Of a stretch of DNA of 64,000 nucleotides, positions 39,806 through 48,884 are shown piece by piece (position 1 is the first letter of the stretch; every line of letters begins with the position of its first letter). The notes under the pieces were generated by a model that did no database searches, was not told the origin of the DNA, and saw nothing but the letters and a program-made list of their open reading frames with translations. The DNA is taken from contig NZ_CALTSY010000004.1 in NCBI RefSeq assembly GCF_943908415.1, positions 10,144 to 74,143 of the forward strand, written 5' to 3'. A program made the translations under genes and the position numbers. Origin of the DNA: an uncultured Anaerococcus sp. Its GTDB lineage: Bacteria > Bacillota > Clostridia > Tissierellales > Peptoniphilaceae.

Positions 39806-40486
39806 CTATTCATTACAACATAAAATTGAGCCAGTATCTAGTAAATCACATGAAGGGTACATGATCTTTATATTAGATTTAAGAGCCTCATCCCTTATTA
39901 GCTCATAGTTTTGAAGTTTTTCTATATTTCCATTAAATAAAAGAGTGTTTTCAAAAAATCCACAGCATCCACCTAAGAAACCTTTAGAAAAGCCATCCAG
40001 AGGAATACTCTCCTCCTCTAATAGAACTACTTCTATTTTTTCTTTTAAAGCCTTATAGATGCCATAATCACTAGTTAAAATCTTATCTTTCATAGGGATA
40101 ATAGAGCATCTAGTGTAGCCCTGCTTAACAAACAAATGCTTGTAATTATTCTCATTCATAAAAAGTTCGATATTTTTTTCTGTTACATCATTATGTATAT
40201 AATAATTGGAAGTCTTATAAACATTATATATAGAATCCTTGGGATAAGATGGGCTTACCACTTCACCATCAATGATATTAGATATTTTAATGTATCTTTT
40301 GTAGTAATCCACAAGATTTTTATCTATAACCATGGATTTATCATCTAGGGGGAAAATAGAAAGATCTGGATGGTCAGCTATTCTAGGATCCAAATTAGGG
40401 TTGGGAATAGTTTCAATCCAAGAATAATTATTTTTATCTAAAAAATCTTTAAAGTCTAAAGAAGACTTGTAGCTTATAATCAGCAT
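39806..40486 (-). CDS. hypothetical Cys-rich protein
   Basis: 226 aa with no recognisable family. Cys pairs occur at GGCCGFF and ILCCNE. Confidence 0.45.
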   Translation of the reverse strand: MLIISYKSSLDFKDFLDKNNYSWIETIPNPNLDPRIADHPDLSIFPLDDKSMVIDKNLVDYYKRYIKISNIIDGEVVSPSYPKDSIYNVYKTSNYYIHNDVTEKNIELFMNENNYKHLFVKQGYTRCSIIPMKDKILTSDYGIYKALKEKIEVVLLEEESIPLDGFSKGFLGGCCGFFENTLLFNGNIEKLQNYELIRDEALKSNIKIMYPSCDLLDTGSILCCNE

Positions 40487-40528
40487 AAAAACTCCTAATA
40501 AAAAAAGCTCTCATAAAGAGAGCATGTT

Positions 40529-40602
40529 TGGAGGCGCCACCCAGATTTGAACTGGGGATAAAGGTGTTGCAGACCTCTGCCTTACCACTTGGCTATGGCG
40601 CC
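40529..40602 (-). tRNA. tRNA-Cys (GCA)
   Basis: 74-nt cloverleaf with anticodon loop CUGCAAC and an encoded CCA. The ORF-track translation QSVEQRT…VGGSIPP is the classic tRNA artefact. Confidence 0.9.
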
Positions 40603-40608
40603 AATATA

Positions 40609-40715
40609 AGCCTGTCCGGCTAATAGAGGACCCTCCATGGAATGGTCGTGTGTAACACGAAAGCCTGTTCGGCTAATGGAGTACCCACCACGGAATGGTT
40701 GTGCAAAGCACTATT
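40609..40715 (+). repeat. two tandem copies of a ~50-bp REP/BIME-like structured repeat (orientation A); a partial third copy lies at 40922-40946
   Basis: Core AAGCCYGYYCGGCTAATRGAGKACCCWCCAYGGAATGG followed by a variable short hairpin (CGTGTgtaACACG / GTGCaaaGCAC). Confidence 0.7.
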
Positions 40716-40974
40716 ACCCAGCCAGTAATGATTAAAAGCTATGTAATAATCGTATATAGTACAGTTAGTATAGACTATCATGAAATTATGTGCTTAGCAC
40801 GAAAATCCGTCTTTTGACGGCGAACACGAAATCAATGGATATTTGGCTTTCATGAATAGTCGTAATCTTATCTAGAGTATAACTCTAAACTTTAAAATAC
40901 TGTATTATGGCCTCAGGCAATAAAAAGCCCGCCCGGCTAATGGATTTAATAACCACTAACTGGCCAGGTAATTG

Positions 40975-41049
40975 TGGAGCGGATGACGAGATTCGAACTC
41001 GCGACCCTCGCCTTGGCAAGGCGATGCTCTACCACTGAGCCACATCCGC
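40975..41049 (-). tRNA. tRNA-Gly (GCC)
   Basis: 75 nt with anticodon loop UUGCCAA, a T-arm GGTTCGAATC and a CCA end. Confidence 0.9.
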
Positions 41050-41296
41050 ATATCATTTCAATACTTTTATAGTATACTACTTAATTTATTTTTTTGCAAA
41101 TATTTTTTATTAATTATGCGTTTATGATATAAATCAAATAGATATATCTTATATTAAACTAGACTTTTGTTATTTGTCCAAATACATTTTGCCGTATTGG
41201 CTGAGCTGTTTTTCCGTTCTACACGAGACTTGCCGGGTTGATATTATATTAGTCAGCTAGGATTGTTGATTCCTAACTCCTTATCATGATAGATCC

Positions 41297-41482
41297 TCTA
41301 ATAGCTGGACGGGCTTGTTGCTTCGCAACACCATTCCATGGAGGGTCCTTAGCTAGCCGGACGGGCTTGCTTTTTGCTTCGCACGACCACTCCGTGGCGG
41401 GTCCTCCTCTAGCCGGACAGGCTTGTTTTTTGCTTCGCAACACCATTCCATGGAGGGTCCTCCTCTAGCCGGACGGGCTTGA
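41297..41482 (-). repeat. three and a half tandem copies of the same repeat family (orientation B, the reverse complement of 40609-40715)
   Basis: Units at 41319, 41369 and 41427: TGCTTCGCAACACCATTCCATGGAGGGTCCTCCTCTAGCCGGACGGGCTTG. Copies abut with no spacers. Confidence 0.7.
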
Positions 41483-41485
41483 TTT

Positions 41486-41561
<76 letters not shown>

Positions 41562-41583
41562 GTATTTTTTTATTACTTCCCAT

Positions 41584-41612
41584 ATTCTAAACCTAAATTT
41601 AAATTTTGTCAA
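41584..41612 (-). promoter_or_regulatory. sigma-A promoter for the tRNA-Phe/Gly/Cys cluster
   Basis: Minus strand: TTGACA, 17-nt spacer, TAGAAT, ~20 nt upstream of the tRNA-Phe 5' end. Confidence 0.5.
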
Positions 41613-41713
41613 ATCATCTTTAATTTCAAACTATAATATTTAATTAATATATTTATATTAAAATATGTTAAAATTATAAGTGATTAAATGATTTGATATT
41701 TTAAAGGAGTTAT

Positions 41714-42343
41714 ATGTTTGAATTTCATAATTTAAAATTCGAGGACATCATTTCTATTGATTCTCTAACTATTAATAGAAATGAGGTTACTTGTATTGTT
41801 GGGCCTAGTGGGTCTGGTAAGTCTACCTTGCTTAGATTGATTAATAAGATGATATCTCCTACTTCTGGATATATTAGTCTTGATGGTAAGGATATAGCTG
41901 ATATGGATTCTATTTCTTATAGAAGGAAGGTCCCTATGCTTTCTCAAAATCCTATTACCTTTCCTGGAACTATAAGAGATAATCTGCTTATAGGTAGAAA
42001 GTTTCAAGAAAAAAGTAAGCTTTCTGATAAGGAATTAATGGATTCTTTAGCAAAAGTTAAACTAAATATGGATTTAGATGAAGATATTAGTAATCTATCT
42101 GGAGGAGAAAAACAAAGGATATCTATCGCTCGACTTATGCTTTTAGATTCAGAGATTTACCTATTAGATGAACCTTCCTCTGCCCTAGATAATATTACAG
42201 AAGATTTTGTTATTGAGACTATGGTGGATATGGCTAGGACTGAGAATAAAACTATAATATACATAACACATTCTAATAGCATGGCTAATAAATACTCTGA
42301 TAGACTCATAAAAATAGTTGATGGGAGGGTTGCTAATGTCTGA
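41714..42343 (+). CDS. ABC transporter ATP-binding protein (FetA-like)
   Basis: Walker A GPSGSGKST, signature LSGGEKQR and Walker B LLDEPSSALD. Confidence 0.8.
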   Translation: MFEFHNLKFEDIISIDSLTINRNEVTCIVGPSGSGKSTLLRLINKMISPTSGYISLDGKDIADMDSISYRRKVPMLSQNPITFPGTIRDNLLIGRKFQEKSKLSDKELMDSLAKVKLNMDLDEDISNLSGGEKQRISIARLMLLDSEIYLLDEPSSALDNITEDFVIETMVDMARTENKTIIYITHSNSMANKYSDRLIKIVDGRVANV

Positions 42344-43118
42344 CTCGGTAATAAACCTAAGTAATAAGCAGCTTATGCTTACTTACATTTTCTCAATAAT
42401 AGCAATGGTTCTTACTAGCTTAAATGGTATTAATCGTAATAAAGAGATTATAGTTGCTACAATAAGGATGACTATCCAACTATTTATAGCAGGCTATGTA
42501 TTAGTCTACATATTTGATAGTGATTCTCTAATATTTTCTTTATTGATGATTCTAGTTATGGAATTTTTTGCCATATTTAATGTTGTTTCATCTAAAAAGG
42601 GCAAGATTAATAAGGGCTTGATTGGATCTATTGCTATTTCCCAGCTTATAGGAACAATATTTACAATAGCATTTTTCTTAATAATAGTAGTTAGGCCTGA
42701 TCCTATATATAATCCTCAGTATCTTATACCACTTGGAGGAATGATTATTGGAAACTCTATGACAGGTATAAACCTAACCCTAAATCAAATGCAAACTGCT
42801 ATAGAAGATAAAAGAGTTAATATCGAGGGATCGCTTATGCTTGGAGCTACTCCTCGTATGGCTATGGATAAGATTATACAAGATGCCTTTGATACAGCGA
42901 TAACCCCAACCTTAAATAGTATAAAAAATATGGGAATCATATCCTTACCGGGCATGATGACAGGTCAAATACTAGGTGGTGTTTCACCACTTATAGCTAT
43001 AAGATATCAAATAGCTATAATGACTGCTGTAATGAGCTCTGTAACTATATGTGTGTTCATATTTTTACGCTTAGGTTATAAAAAATTCTTCAACGAAGAA
43101 GATCAATTAATATATTAA
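42336..43118 (+). CDS. ABC transporter permease, UPF0014/FetB-like
   Basis: Polytopic membrane protein. The start ATG at 42336 overlaps the fetA stop (ATGTCTGA) and follows a GGGAGGG RBS. Confidence 0.65.
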   Translation: MSDSVINLSNKQLMLTYIFSIIAMVLTSLNGINRNKEIIVATIRMTIQLFIAGYVLVYIFDSDSLIFSLLMILVMEFFAIFNVVSSKKGKINKGLIGSIAISQLIGTIFTIAFFLIIVVRPDPIYNPQYLIPLGGMIIGNSMTGINLTLNQMQTAIEDKRVNIEGSLMLGATPRMAMDKIIQDAFDTAITPTLNSIKNMGIISLPGMMTGQILGGVSPLIAIRYQIAIMTAVMSSVTICVFIFLRLGYKKFFNEEDQLIY

Positions 43119-43312
43119 TAATACGGAATGTAAGCTGTATATTACAGTAAAAATTCCCTTTTATTTTGTATTAAACTATCTTTGCTGTAATATTTAATAT
43201 ATTATAAGCTAGGCTTCAGTATGTTATATAATTACACTTTTATACTTTCTTTTTTAAACTATGTTACAATAAGCTTAATAAACAATAAAGGAGCTGTTGC
43301 AAATCAATAGAT

Positions 43313-43445
43313 ATTTATCGTTCCATCATTGGGGTGCTCTCTAAGAAAGTTTGAGATTTAGCCCGCCGGCTCATGGAGGCATTTAGCCCGTCGGCACACT
43401 GAGACACTTTCTTAGAGGGTGCCCGAATGATTTTGGAACGATTTA
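43313..43445. repeat. ~130-bp imperfect palindrome containing two AGCCCGYCGGC motifs
   Basis: The arms ATCGTTCCATCATTGGGGTGCTCTCTAAGAAAGT and ACTTTCTTAGAGGGTGCCCGAATGATTTTGGAACGAT flank TTAGCCCGCCGGCTCATGGAGGCATTTAGCCCGTCGGCAC. Confidence 0.55.
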
Positions 43446-43493
43446 TCTATTTTGCAACAGCCCCTATATAGCAAAATGAAAGGTAATAAATTT

Positions 43494-43985
43494 ATGAAAC
43501 AAAATAAAAAATACTGCTTATTAATTATTACTGTTGTTATTATTGGACTTAGTTTTCATATAAAGAATAAAATTGATGAAAGCTATGTCAGATTACCAGA
43601 ATCTTATGACATTAATAACATAACTATTATTACTGTTGTTAATGATAGAGGAGTTAAAAAATATAGCATTTATAAAGAAAAAGATATAAATAATTTTTTG
43701 AATATATTACAAAATTCAAAGAGAATAGCCAAAGATAGCACTTCCAATTTTCCTAATAAAAATAAATTTACTATAATAGCTTTTAAAATGTCAGATGGAG
43801 GATCTATCATAAATTCAATTTATGAAGAAAATGGCCATCTTTATTTTGAACAGCCTTATTATGGCGTTTTTGAATTAACATCTGAATATAAAAATTTAAA
43901 AACATTGATAAATAAAACTGTAGAAAAAGATAGTAAAGAAGATATGTCAATAGATATTGATCATATCTTAAAGGATGATTTTTAG
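43494..43985 (+). CDS. hypothetical membrane-anchored or secreted protein
   Basis: N-terminal hydrophobic segment KKYCLLIITVVIIGLSF. No family recognised. Confidence 0.45.
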   Translation: MKQNKKYCLLIITVVIIGLSFHIKNKIDESYVRLPESYDINNITIITVVNDRGVKKYSIYKEKDINNFLNILQNSKRIAKDSTSNFPNKNKFTIIAFKMSDGGSIINSIYEENGHLYFEQPYYGVFELTSEYKNLKTLINKTVEKDSKEDMSIDIDHILKDDF

Positions 43986-44069
43986 CTAAGATAAGCAAAA
44001 CAAGATAATCCCCAAAAATCTATAATTAGATTTTTGGGGATTGGTTAATTTAAAATTCAATTGTCCAGT

Positions 44070-44606
44070 TTAATACATTTTTGTAAATACTTCACCTGAC
44101 CATCCTTCTTGGTCTGGGATTCTTATTTTTTTACTTTCTGTAACTACAACACTAAGTGCCTTTCCTTCGTTGATACCTCTTAAAGAAAGCTTGAAGTTCT
44201 CTCCATCACCCTCCCATGTTCCTTCTAAGACTTCATCATCATACTGAACATAATAGGCATTACCATTTTCGCTTAGTCTTAATATTGGTCCACGATCACT
44301 TTGATAGTCATTAGCTACACCATCAGTCTTAACCCTATAATCATCTAAGTTAAAGGATAGATCATAATCATAAGATTCTTGATTGTAATCATTATATATA
44401 GTATCCATTAATTGTTCCATAAAGTAAAAACCAGTATAAACTATCTCTTGATTTTCGCCAGGATTTATTTGAGCTCTATGGCGCAAAGTCTTGGTATTAA
44501 TATTTACATCTTCATATAAATTATCATCTGTAGAGTTTAATACATCATCAAATTTTACAAATGTATAGTAAGAAAAATAATAATTATAATCCTTCTCAGA
44601 GCACAT
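44070..44606 (-). CDS. hypothetical protein (Tyr/Asp-rich)
   Basis: 178 aa with no family. An intrinsic terminator lies immediately upstream of its ATG. Confidence 0.4.
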   Translation of the reverse strand: MCSEKDYNYYFSYYTFVKFDDVLNSTDDNLYEDVNINTKTLRHRAQINPGENQEIVYTGFYFMEQLMDTIYNDYNQESYDYDLSFNLDDYRVKTDGVANDYQSDRGPILRLSENGNAYYVQYDDEVLEGTWEGDGENFKLSLRGINEGKALSVVVTESKKIRIPDQEGWSGEVFTKMY

Positions 44607-44610
44607 AAAA

Positions 44611-44650
44611 AGAGGCTAGAGCATATGCCATGCCTCTTGTTTGATTTATA
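44611..44650 (-). terminator. intrinsic terminator after the ABC exporter gene pair
   Basis: AAGAGGC-n15-GCCTCTT followed by a T5 run on the minus strand. Confidence 0.5.
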
Positions 44651-44691
44651 TAACTAAAGCTTTATTAGTCTTAAAGCAGATATTTATAACT

Positions 44692-46581
44692 CTAATTAAG
44701 TTCTAAGGCTCCTGTGTATAGCTGATAGTAGGTTCCATGTTTTTGCATGAGTTGTTCATGATTACCACGTTCTATAATTTCCCCTGCTTCCATAACCATA
44801 ATGACATCAGCATTTTGTATAGTGGATAGCCTATGAGCTATAACAATGGAGGTTGAACCATCCATTAGTTTATCCATCGCCTTTGTTACCTTAATTTCTG
44901 TTGTAGTATCTATTGAGCTAGTTGCTTCATCCAAGATTAACATAGGAGGACTTGCAATGGCCGCTCTTGATATTGATATAAGCTGATTTTGTCCATCAGA
45001 AAGTGATGTTCCTTCCCCACGGATTTCTGTATCATATCCTTCTGGAAGTCTATGAATAAAGGAATCAGCACCTGAAAGTTTAGCAGCTTCTCTTACTTCA
45101 TTCTCACTTGCGCTTAGCTTTCCATATTTTATATTATCTTCTACACTTTCTGTAAATAAGTTTACATCTTGTAAGACCATACCAAAGGCTTTTCTTAAAT
45201 GATCTTTTTTGATATCCCTAGTGTCTATACCATCGATTTTAATAGAACCTGAATCTATCTCATAAAATCTTGTTATTACATTAGTAATGGTGGTTTTACC
45301 AGCTCCTGTAGATCCTACAAGGGCTATTTTTTCTCCAGGATTTGCATAAAAACTTACGTTTTTAAGAATCTTATCCTTACCATCATAGGAAAAGTCTACA
45401 TCTTCAAAGTCTATCCTACCTTCTAATTGTTTGTAAACGTCCTTACCATCTTCATTCCACTTCCAAGAATAGCATCTTTCTCCTGTACATGCTATTGCAT
45501 TACCATTTTCATCTATCCTAGCATTTACAAGTTCTATATATCCACTATCCTGCTCTATCGGCATATCAATTATTTCAAATATACGGCTTGCACCCGCCAT
45601 AGCTGAAAATAGTGCATTTGCTTGTTGGGAAATATTTGATATTGGGCCTTGTAATTGTCTGGCATTGGTCAAGAATGTAGCTAAGATACCTACTGTAATA
45701 TTGCCTTTTATTGTTAAAAATACTCCTATAACTGCTAAAATTGCATACATGATATTTATAGAATTAACCAAAAACGGCATCATACGTCCTGCATTTACTA
45801 GTGCTTCTGCCATGGTAGATCTAAGCTGTTCACTTTTTTCTTCAAATTCTTCTATTACATCATTTTCTTTGTTAAATACCTTGATTACCTTTTGACCTGA
45901 TAGCATTTCTTCATCAAATCCATGAAGTATTGATACATTTTTTTGAGATTGTTTAAAGAGTTTACCAGTCTTTGATACTATATTTTTAAGTATAAGACCC
46001 ATGACAAAAAGACCTAGAATCATTATCAAGGTAAGTTGCCATGACAAACTAAACATCACAACTATAGTACCTATAAGCATGAGCAATGATCTAACAAGGG
46101 TTGGTAGGGTTGATGATAGGGATTGTGATAGGGTGTCTGTATCATTAGTAAACCTACTCATTATTTGTCCATGTTGGTTGCTATCAAAAAAGTTTATAGG
46201 CATCTTTTGAATTTTTACAAAAAGATCATGCCTTATGTTTCTAATAGATCTTTCACCAACTCTAATCATAAGCCTTGTATAGATAAATGTGGTTACTGTA
46301 GATAAGAGATATATCAATCCCATCTTAATGACTGCGACCTTTAATCCATCTATATCAGATTTTAATATATAATTATCTATTATAGGTCTAAGCATGGATA
46401 AGCCCCATACTTGGGATAAGGCAGAAATAATTACACAGGTAAGGACTACTACTAACTGCCATTTTTGCTTAAAAAGATAGGAAAATAGTTCTTTTAGTGC
46501 ATGCGCATCAAAGTTTCGACTTTGCTTTTTATCTGAAATTTTTATATCTTCAGTTTTTACATCATCTATTTTATCAGTCAT
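44692..46581 (-). CDS. ABC exporter, fused permease/ATPase (heterodimer partner B)
   Basis: Six-TM domain plus an NBD with Walker A GSTGAGKTT and signature LSDGQNQ. The start at MTDKIDD overlaps the partner's stop (ATGACTGA) after a GGAGGGG RBS. Confidence 0.8.
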   Translation of the reverse strand: MTDKIDDVKTEDIKISDKKQSRNFDAHALKELFSYLFKQKWQLVVVLTCVIISALSQVWGLSMLRPIIDNYILKSDIDGLKVAVIKMGLIYLLSTVTTFIYTRLMIRVGERSIRNIRHDLFVKIQKMPINFFDSNQHGQIMSRFTNDTDTLSQSLSSTLPTLVRSLLMLIGTIVVMFSLSWQLTLIMILGLFVMGLILKNIVSKTGKLFKQSQKNVSILHGFDEEMLSGQKVIKVFNKENDVIEEFEEKSEQLRSTMAEALVNAGRMMPFLVNSINIMYAILAVIGVFLTIKGNITVGILATFLTNARQLQGPISNISQQANALFSAMAGASRIFEIIDMPIEQDSGYIELVNARIDENGNAIACTGERCYSWKWNEDGKDVYKQLEGRIDFEDVDFSYDGKDKILKNVSFYANPGEKIALVGSTGAGKTTITNVITRFYEIDSGSIKIDGIDTRDIKKDHLRKAFGMVLQDVNLFTESVEDNIKYGKLSASENEVREAAKLSGADSFIHRLPEGYDTEIRGEGTSLSDGQNQLISISRAAIASPPMLILDEATSSIDTTTEIKVTKAMDKLMDGSTSIVIAHRLSTIQNADVIMVMEAGEIIERGNHEQLMQKHGTYYQLYTGALELN

Positions 46582-48334
46582 CTTCCCCTCCTTTTTCTTG
46601 TATATCGTAAGTAGTTCTATATATTTCATTTCTTTGATAGAGTTCTTCAGATGTACCTATATCCACAATCTTGCCATCATCTAGGATTACGATTCTATCT
46701 GCATATTCAAATGATGATAATCTTTGGGATATAATTATTTGCGTCATATCACTATCAAGCTTATTAAATCCATCTAATAATTTAGCTTCTGTCTTAGTAT
46801 CTACAGCACTTGTGGAGTTGTCTAATATTAATATCTTTGGTCTTTTTAAAAGAGATCTTGCTATTGTTAGTCTTTGCTTTTGACCACCTGATACTCCTGA
46901 TCCTCCTTGGCCTAAAGTAGAGTCATAAGCATCACTTCTTTCACTTACAAACTCATCCGCTTGAGCGATTTTTGCCATAGCTATAACCTCATCATAGCTT
47001 GCATCCTTATCACCCCATCTTAGATTATCAATGATTGTTCCACTGAATAAGGTGTTTTTTTGTAAAACTATAGATACATCATCCCTTAGTGTTTCTAGGT
47101 CGTATTCTTTTATATCATGACCCCCAACTTTTAAGCTTCCTTCTGATATATCATAAAGTCTTGGTATAAGTTGAACTAAGGTAGACTTTGATGAACCAGT
47201 AGGTCCTAGGATACCTATTACTTCTCCTGACTTTATGTGTAGATCTATATTTGATAATTGGTAAGCATCACTATCCTTATCGTATTTAAAACTTACATTA
47301 TCAAAATCAATTGATCCATCTTCTAATTCTAAGCCCTCTATTTTATCATCATTAGTCATAGAAATTTCACGAGTTAAAACTTCCTTAACCCTTGTAACAG
47401 ATGGTGATGATGCCATAAGCATGGTAATAACCATAGAAAGACCTATAAGGCTTCCTAAAAGCATCATAGCATACATATTAAAGCTTACAAGATCACCTAC
47501 ACCCATGCGTCCTTCTATAATCTCAATTCCCCCAAACCAGGCAATAGCAATAAAGGCTATATATAAGATTGTATTAGCTGTAGGAAATACATAGCTTACA
47601 GTTCCTTGGGAGCTATCAGATAATTTAAACATCTGTTCATTAGCTATTCCAAATTTTTCTATCTCATATTTTTTTCTTACGAAAGCCTTAACAACTCTCA
47701 TATTATTTAAGTTTTCTTCAATAACTAAGTTTAATTTATCGTATTGCTTACGAGTTTGTCTAAACTTTGGTATGGCACTTGATGTAATAGATAGAAGTAT
47801 TATTACCAAAACTGGCATCAATACCAAAAATATAATAGAAAGCTTTGTACTAGTTCTAAAAGCTAGAATAAATGCAACTATAGCCATAACTATAGTCTTT
47901 ATTACAAATCTAGTTGTCATGAAGGTAGATTGTGCTAGTGATTGCATGTCACTAGTTAACCTTGTAAGTAAGGATGGTACTCCAAAATATTCAAAATCTT
48001 CAAAGGAATATTCCTCAATCCTTCTAAACTGCATTTTTCTTACATTGTCTGTAAGTCCAGTTGATGTAAGACCTGCATTCTTAGATGCATTAATACCTGT
48101 AAACATTGATAATAGCGAAAGCACTATAATTAGTCCGCCGTATTTTAAAGCTTGGCTCGTATCTTTTTGATATATAACATCATTTAGGATAATTCCCATG
48201 ACAGCAGGTATCAAAAGCTCAAATATGGTTTCTAATACTGTCATTATCATAGATATTATTCTATTTTTTCTATACTGATTTAAGTATTGCTTTAAATATG
48301 AGAATGCTTTATTAAATTCTCTTAAACTTTCCAT
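46574..48334 (-). CDS. ABC exporter, fused permease/ATPase (heterodimer partner A)
   Basis: TMD plus NBD with Walker A GPTGSSKST and signature VSGGQKQR. Confidence 0.85.
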   Translation of the reverse strand: MESLREFNKAFSYLKQYLNQYRKNRIISMIMTVLETIFELLIPAVMGIILNDVIYQKDTSQALKYGGLIIVLSLLSMFTGINASKNAGLTSTGLTDNVRKMQFRRIEEYSFEDFEYFGVPSLLTRLTSDMQSLAQSTFMTTRFVIKTIVMAIVAFILAFRTSTKLSIIFLVLMPVLVIILLSITSSAIPKFRQTRKQYDKLNLVIEENLNNMRVVKAFVRKKYEIEKFGIANEQMFKLSDSSQGTVSYVFPTANTILYIAFIAIAWFGGIEIIEGRMGVGDLVSFNMYAMMLLGSLIGLSMVITMLMASSPSVTRVKEVLTREISMTNDDKIEGLELEDGSIDFDNVSFKYDKDSDAYQLSNIDLHIKSGEVIGILGPTGSSKSTLVQLIPRLYDISEGSLKVGGHDIKEYDLETLRDDVSIVLQKNTLFSGTIIDNLRWGDKDASYDEVIAMAKIAQADEFVSERSDAYDSTLGQGGSGVSGGQKQRLTIARSLLKRPKILILDNSTSAVDTKTEAKLLDGFNKLDSDMTQIIISQRLSSFEYADRIVILDDGKIVDIGTSEELYQRNEIYRTTYDIQEKGGEDD

Positions 48335-48774
48335 AATTCCTCCTTTTCCATATTCTTTTCTAAAGCTTCTATAAAATCTGTAAGATCAGCTTCAATTTGT
48401 TTTATCTTAGCTTCTCCTAGATCATCATATATTTCTCTATCAGATCTAGAGAGATGGTCAATAATTTTATTTATTTCCTGCTCCCCCTTGGAAGTTAGCA
48501 ATATGATTTTTGCTCTTTTATCATTCTCGTCCTTGTCCATAGTAAGTAAGTCTCTTTTTTTAAGGCTCATTACTATACTATTGATAGTTTGCTTAGGTGC
48601 ATTTAATTTATCTACCAAATCTTTTTGAGTTATATTTTTATTTTCATTTAGTGTAAATAATATTATGGTCTCTAAATTATTTAGCCCAAACTGACCAACG
48701 CGTTCTTTACTTAAGCCATTTAATTTCTTTAAAAGACTAAAAATATTAAATACTTCACATGATTTATCATCCAC
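48322..48774 (-). CDS. MarR family transcriptional regulator
   Basis: 150 aa winged HTH. Sits upstream of the ABC pair and overlaps it by 13 nt. Confidence 0.8.
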   Translation of the reverse strand: MDDKSCEVFNIFSLLKKLNGLSKERVGQFGLNNLETIILFTLNENKNITQKDLVDKLNAPKQTINSIVMSLKKRDLLTMDKDENDKRAKIILLTSKGEQEINKIIDHLSRSDREIYDDLGEAKIKQIEADLTDFIEALEKNMEKEELWKV

Positions 48775-48884
48775 AGTAATGCTCCTTTTAATTTTATGGC
48801 TATATTAATATAGTCTATAAACGGACTTTGTCAAGTTTAAAAATCACTTTAAAGTTGTATAATATAAGGGCCAAAGGAGTAATA

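Noticed and set aside
41297-41482. Possible CRISPR array
   Set aside because: The repeat units abut with no unique spacers. Orientation flips between blocks, the period is irregular (50-58 bp) and there are no cas genes. It is better described as a REP/BIME-like tandem repeat.
44692-46629. Upstream ATG starts for the ABC exporter B (46629), bcd (19835), the MoxR ATPase (48828), the leucine dehydrogenase (34162) and the OFOR beta subunit (36000)
   Set aside because: Each longer start lacks an SD and overlaps the upstream gene. Internal Met codons with strong GGAGG-type RBS align with family N-termini, so the shorter starts were used.
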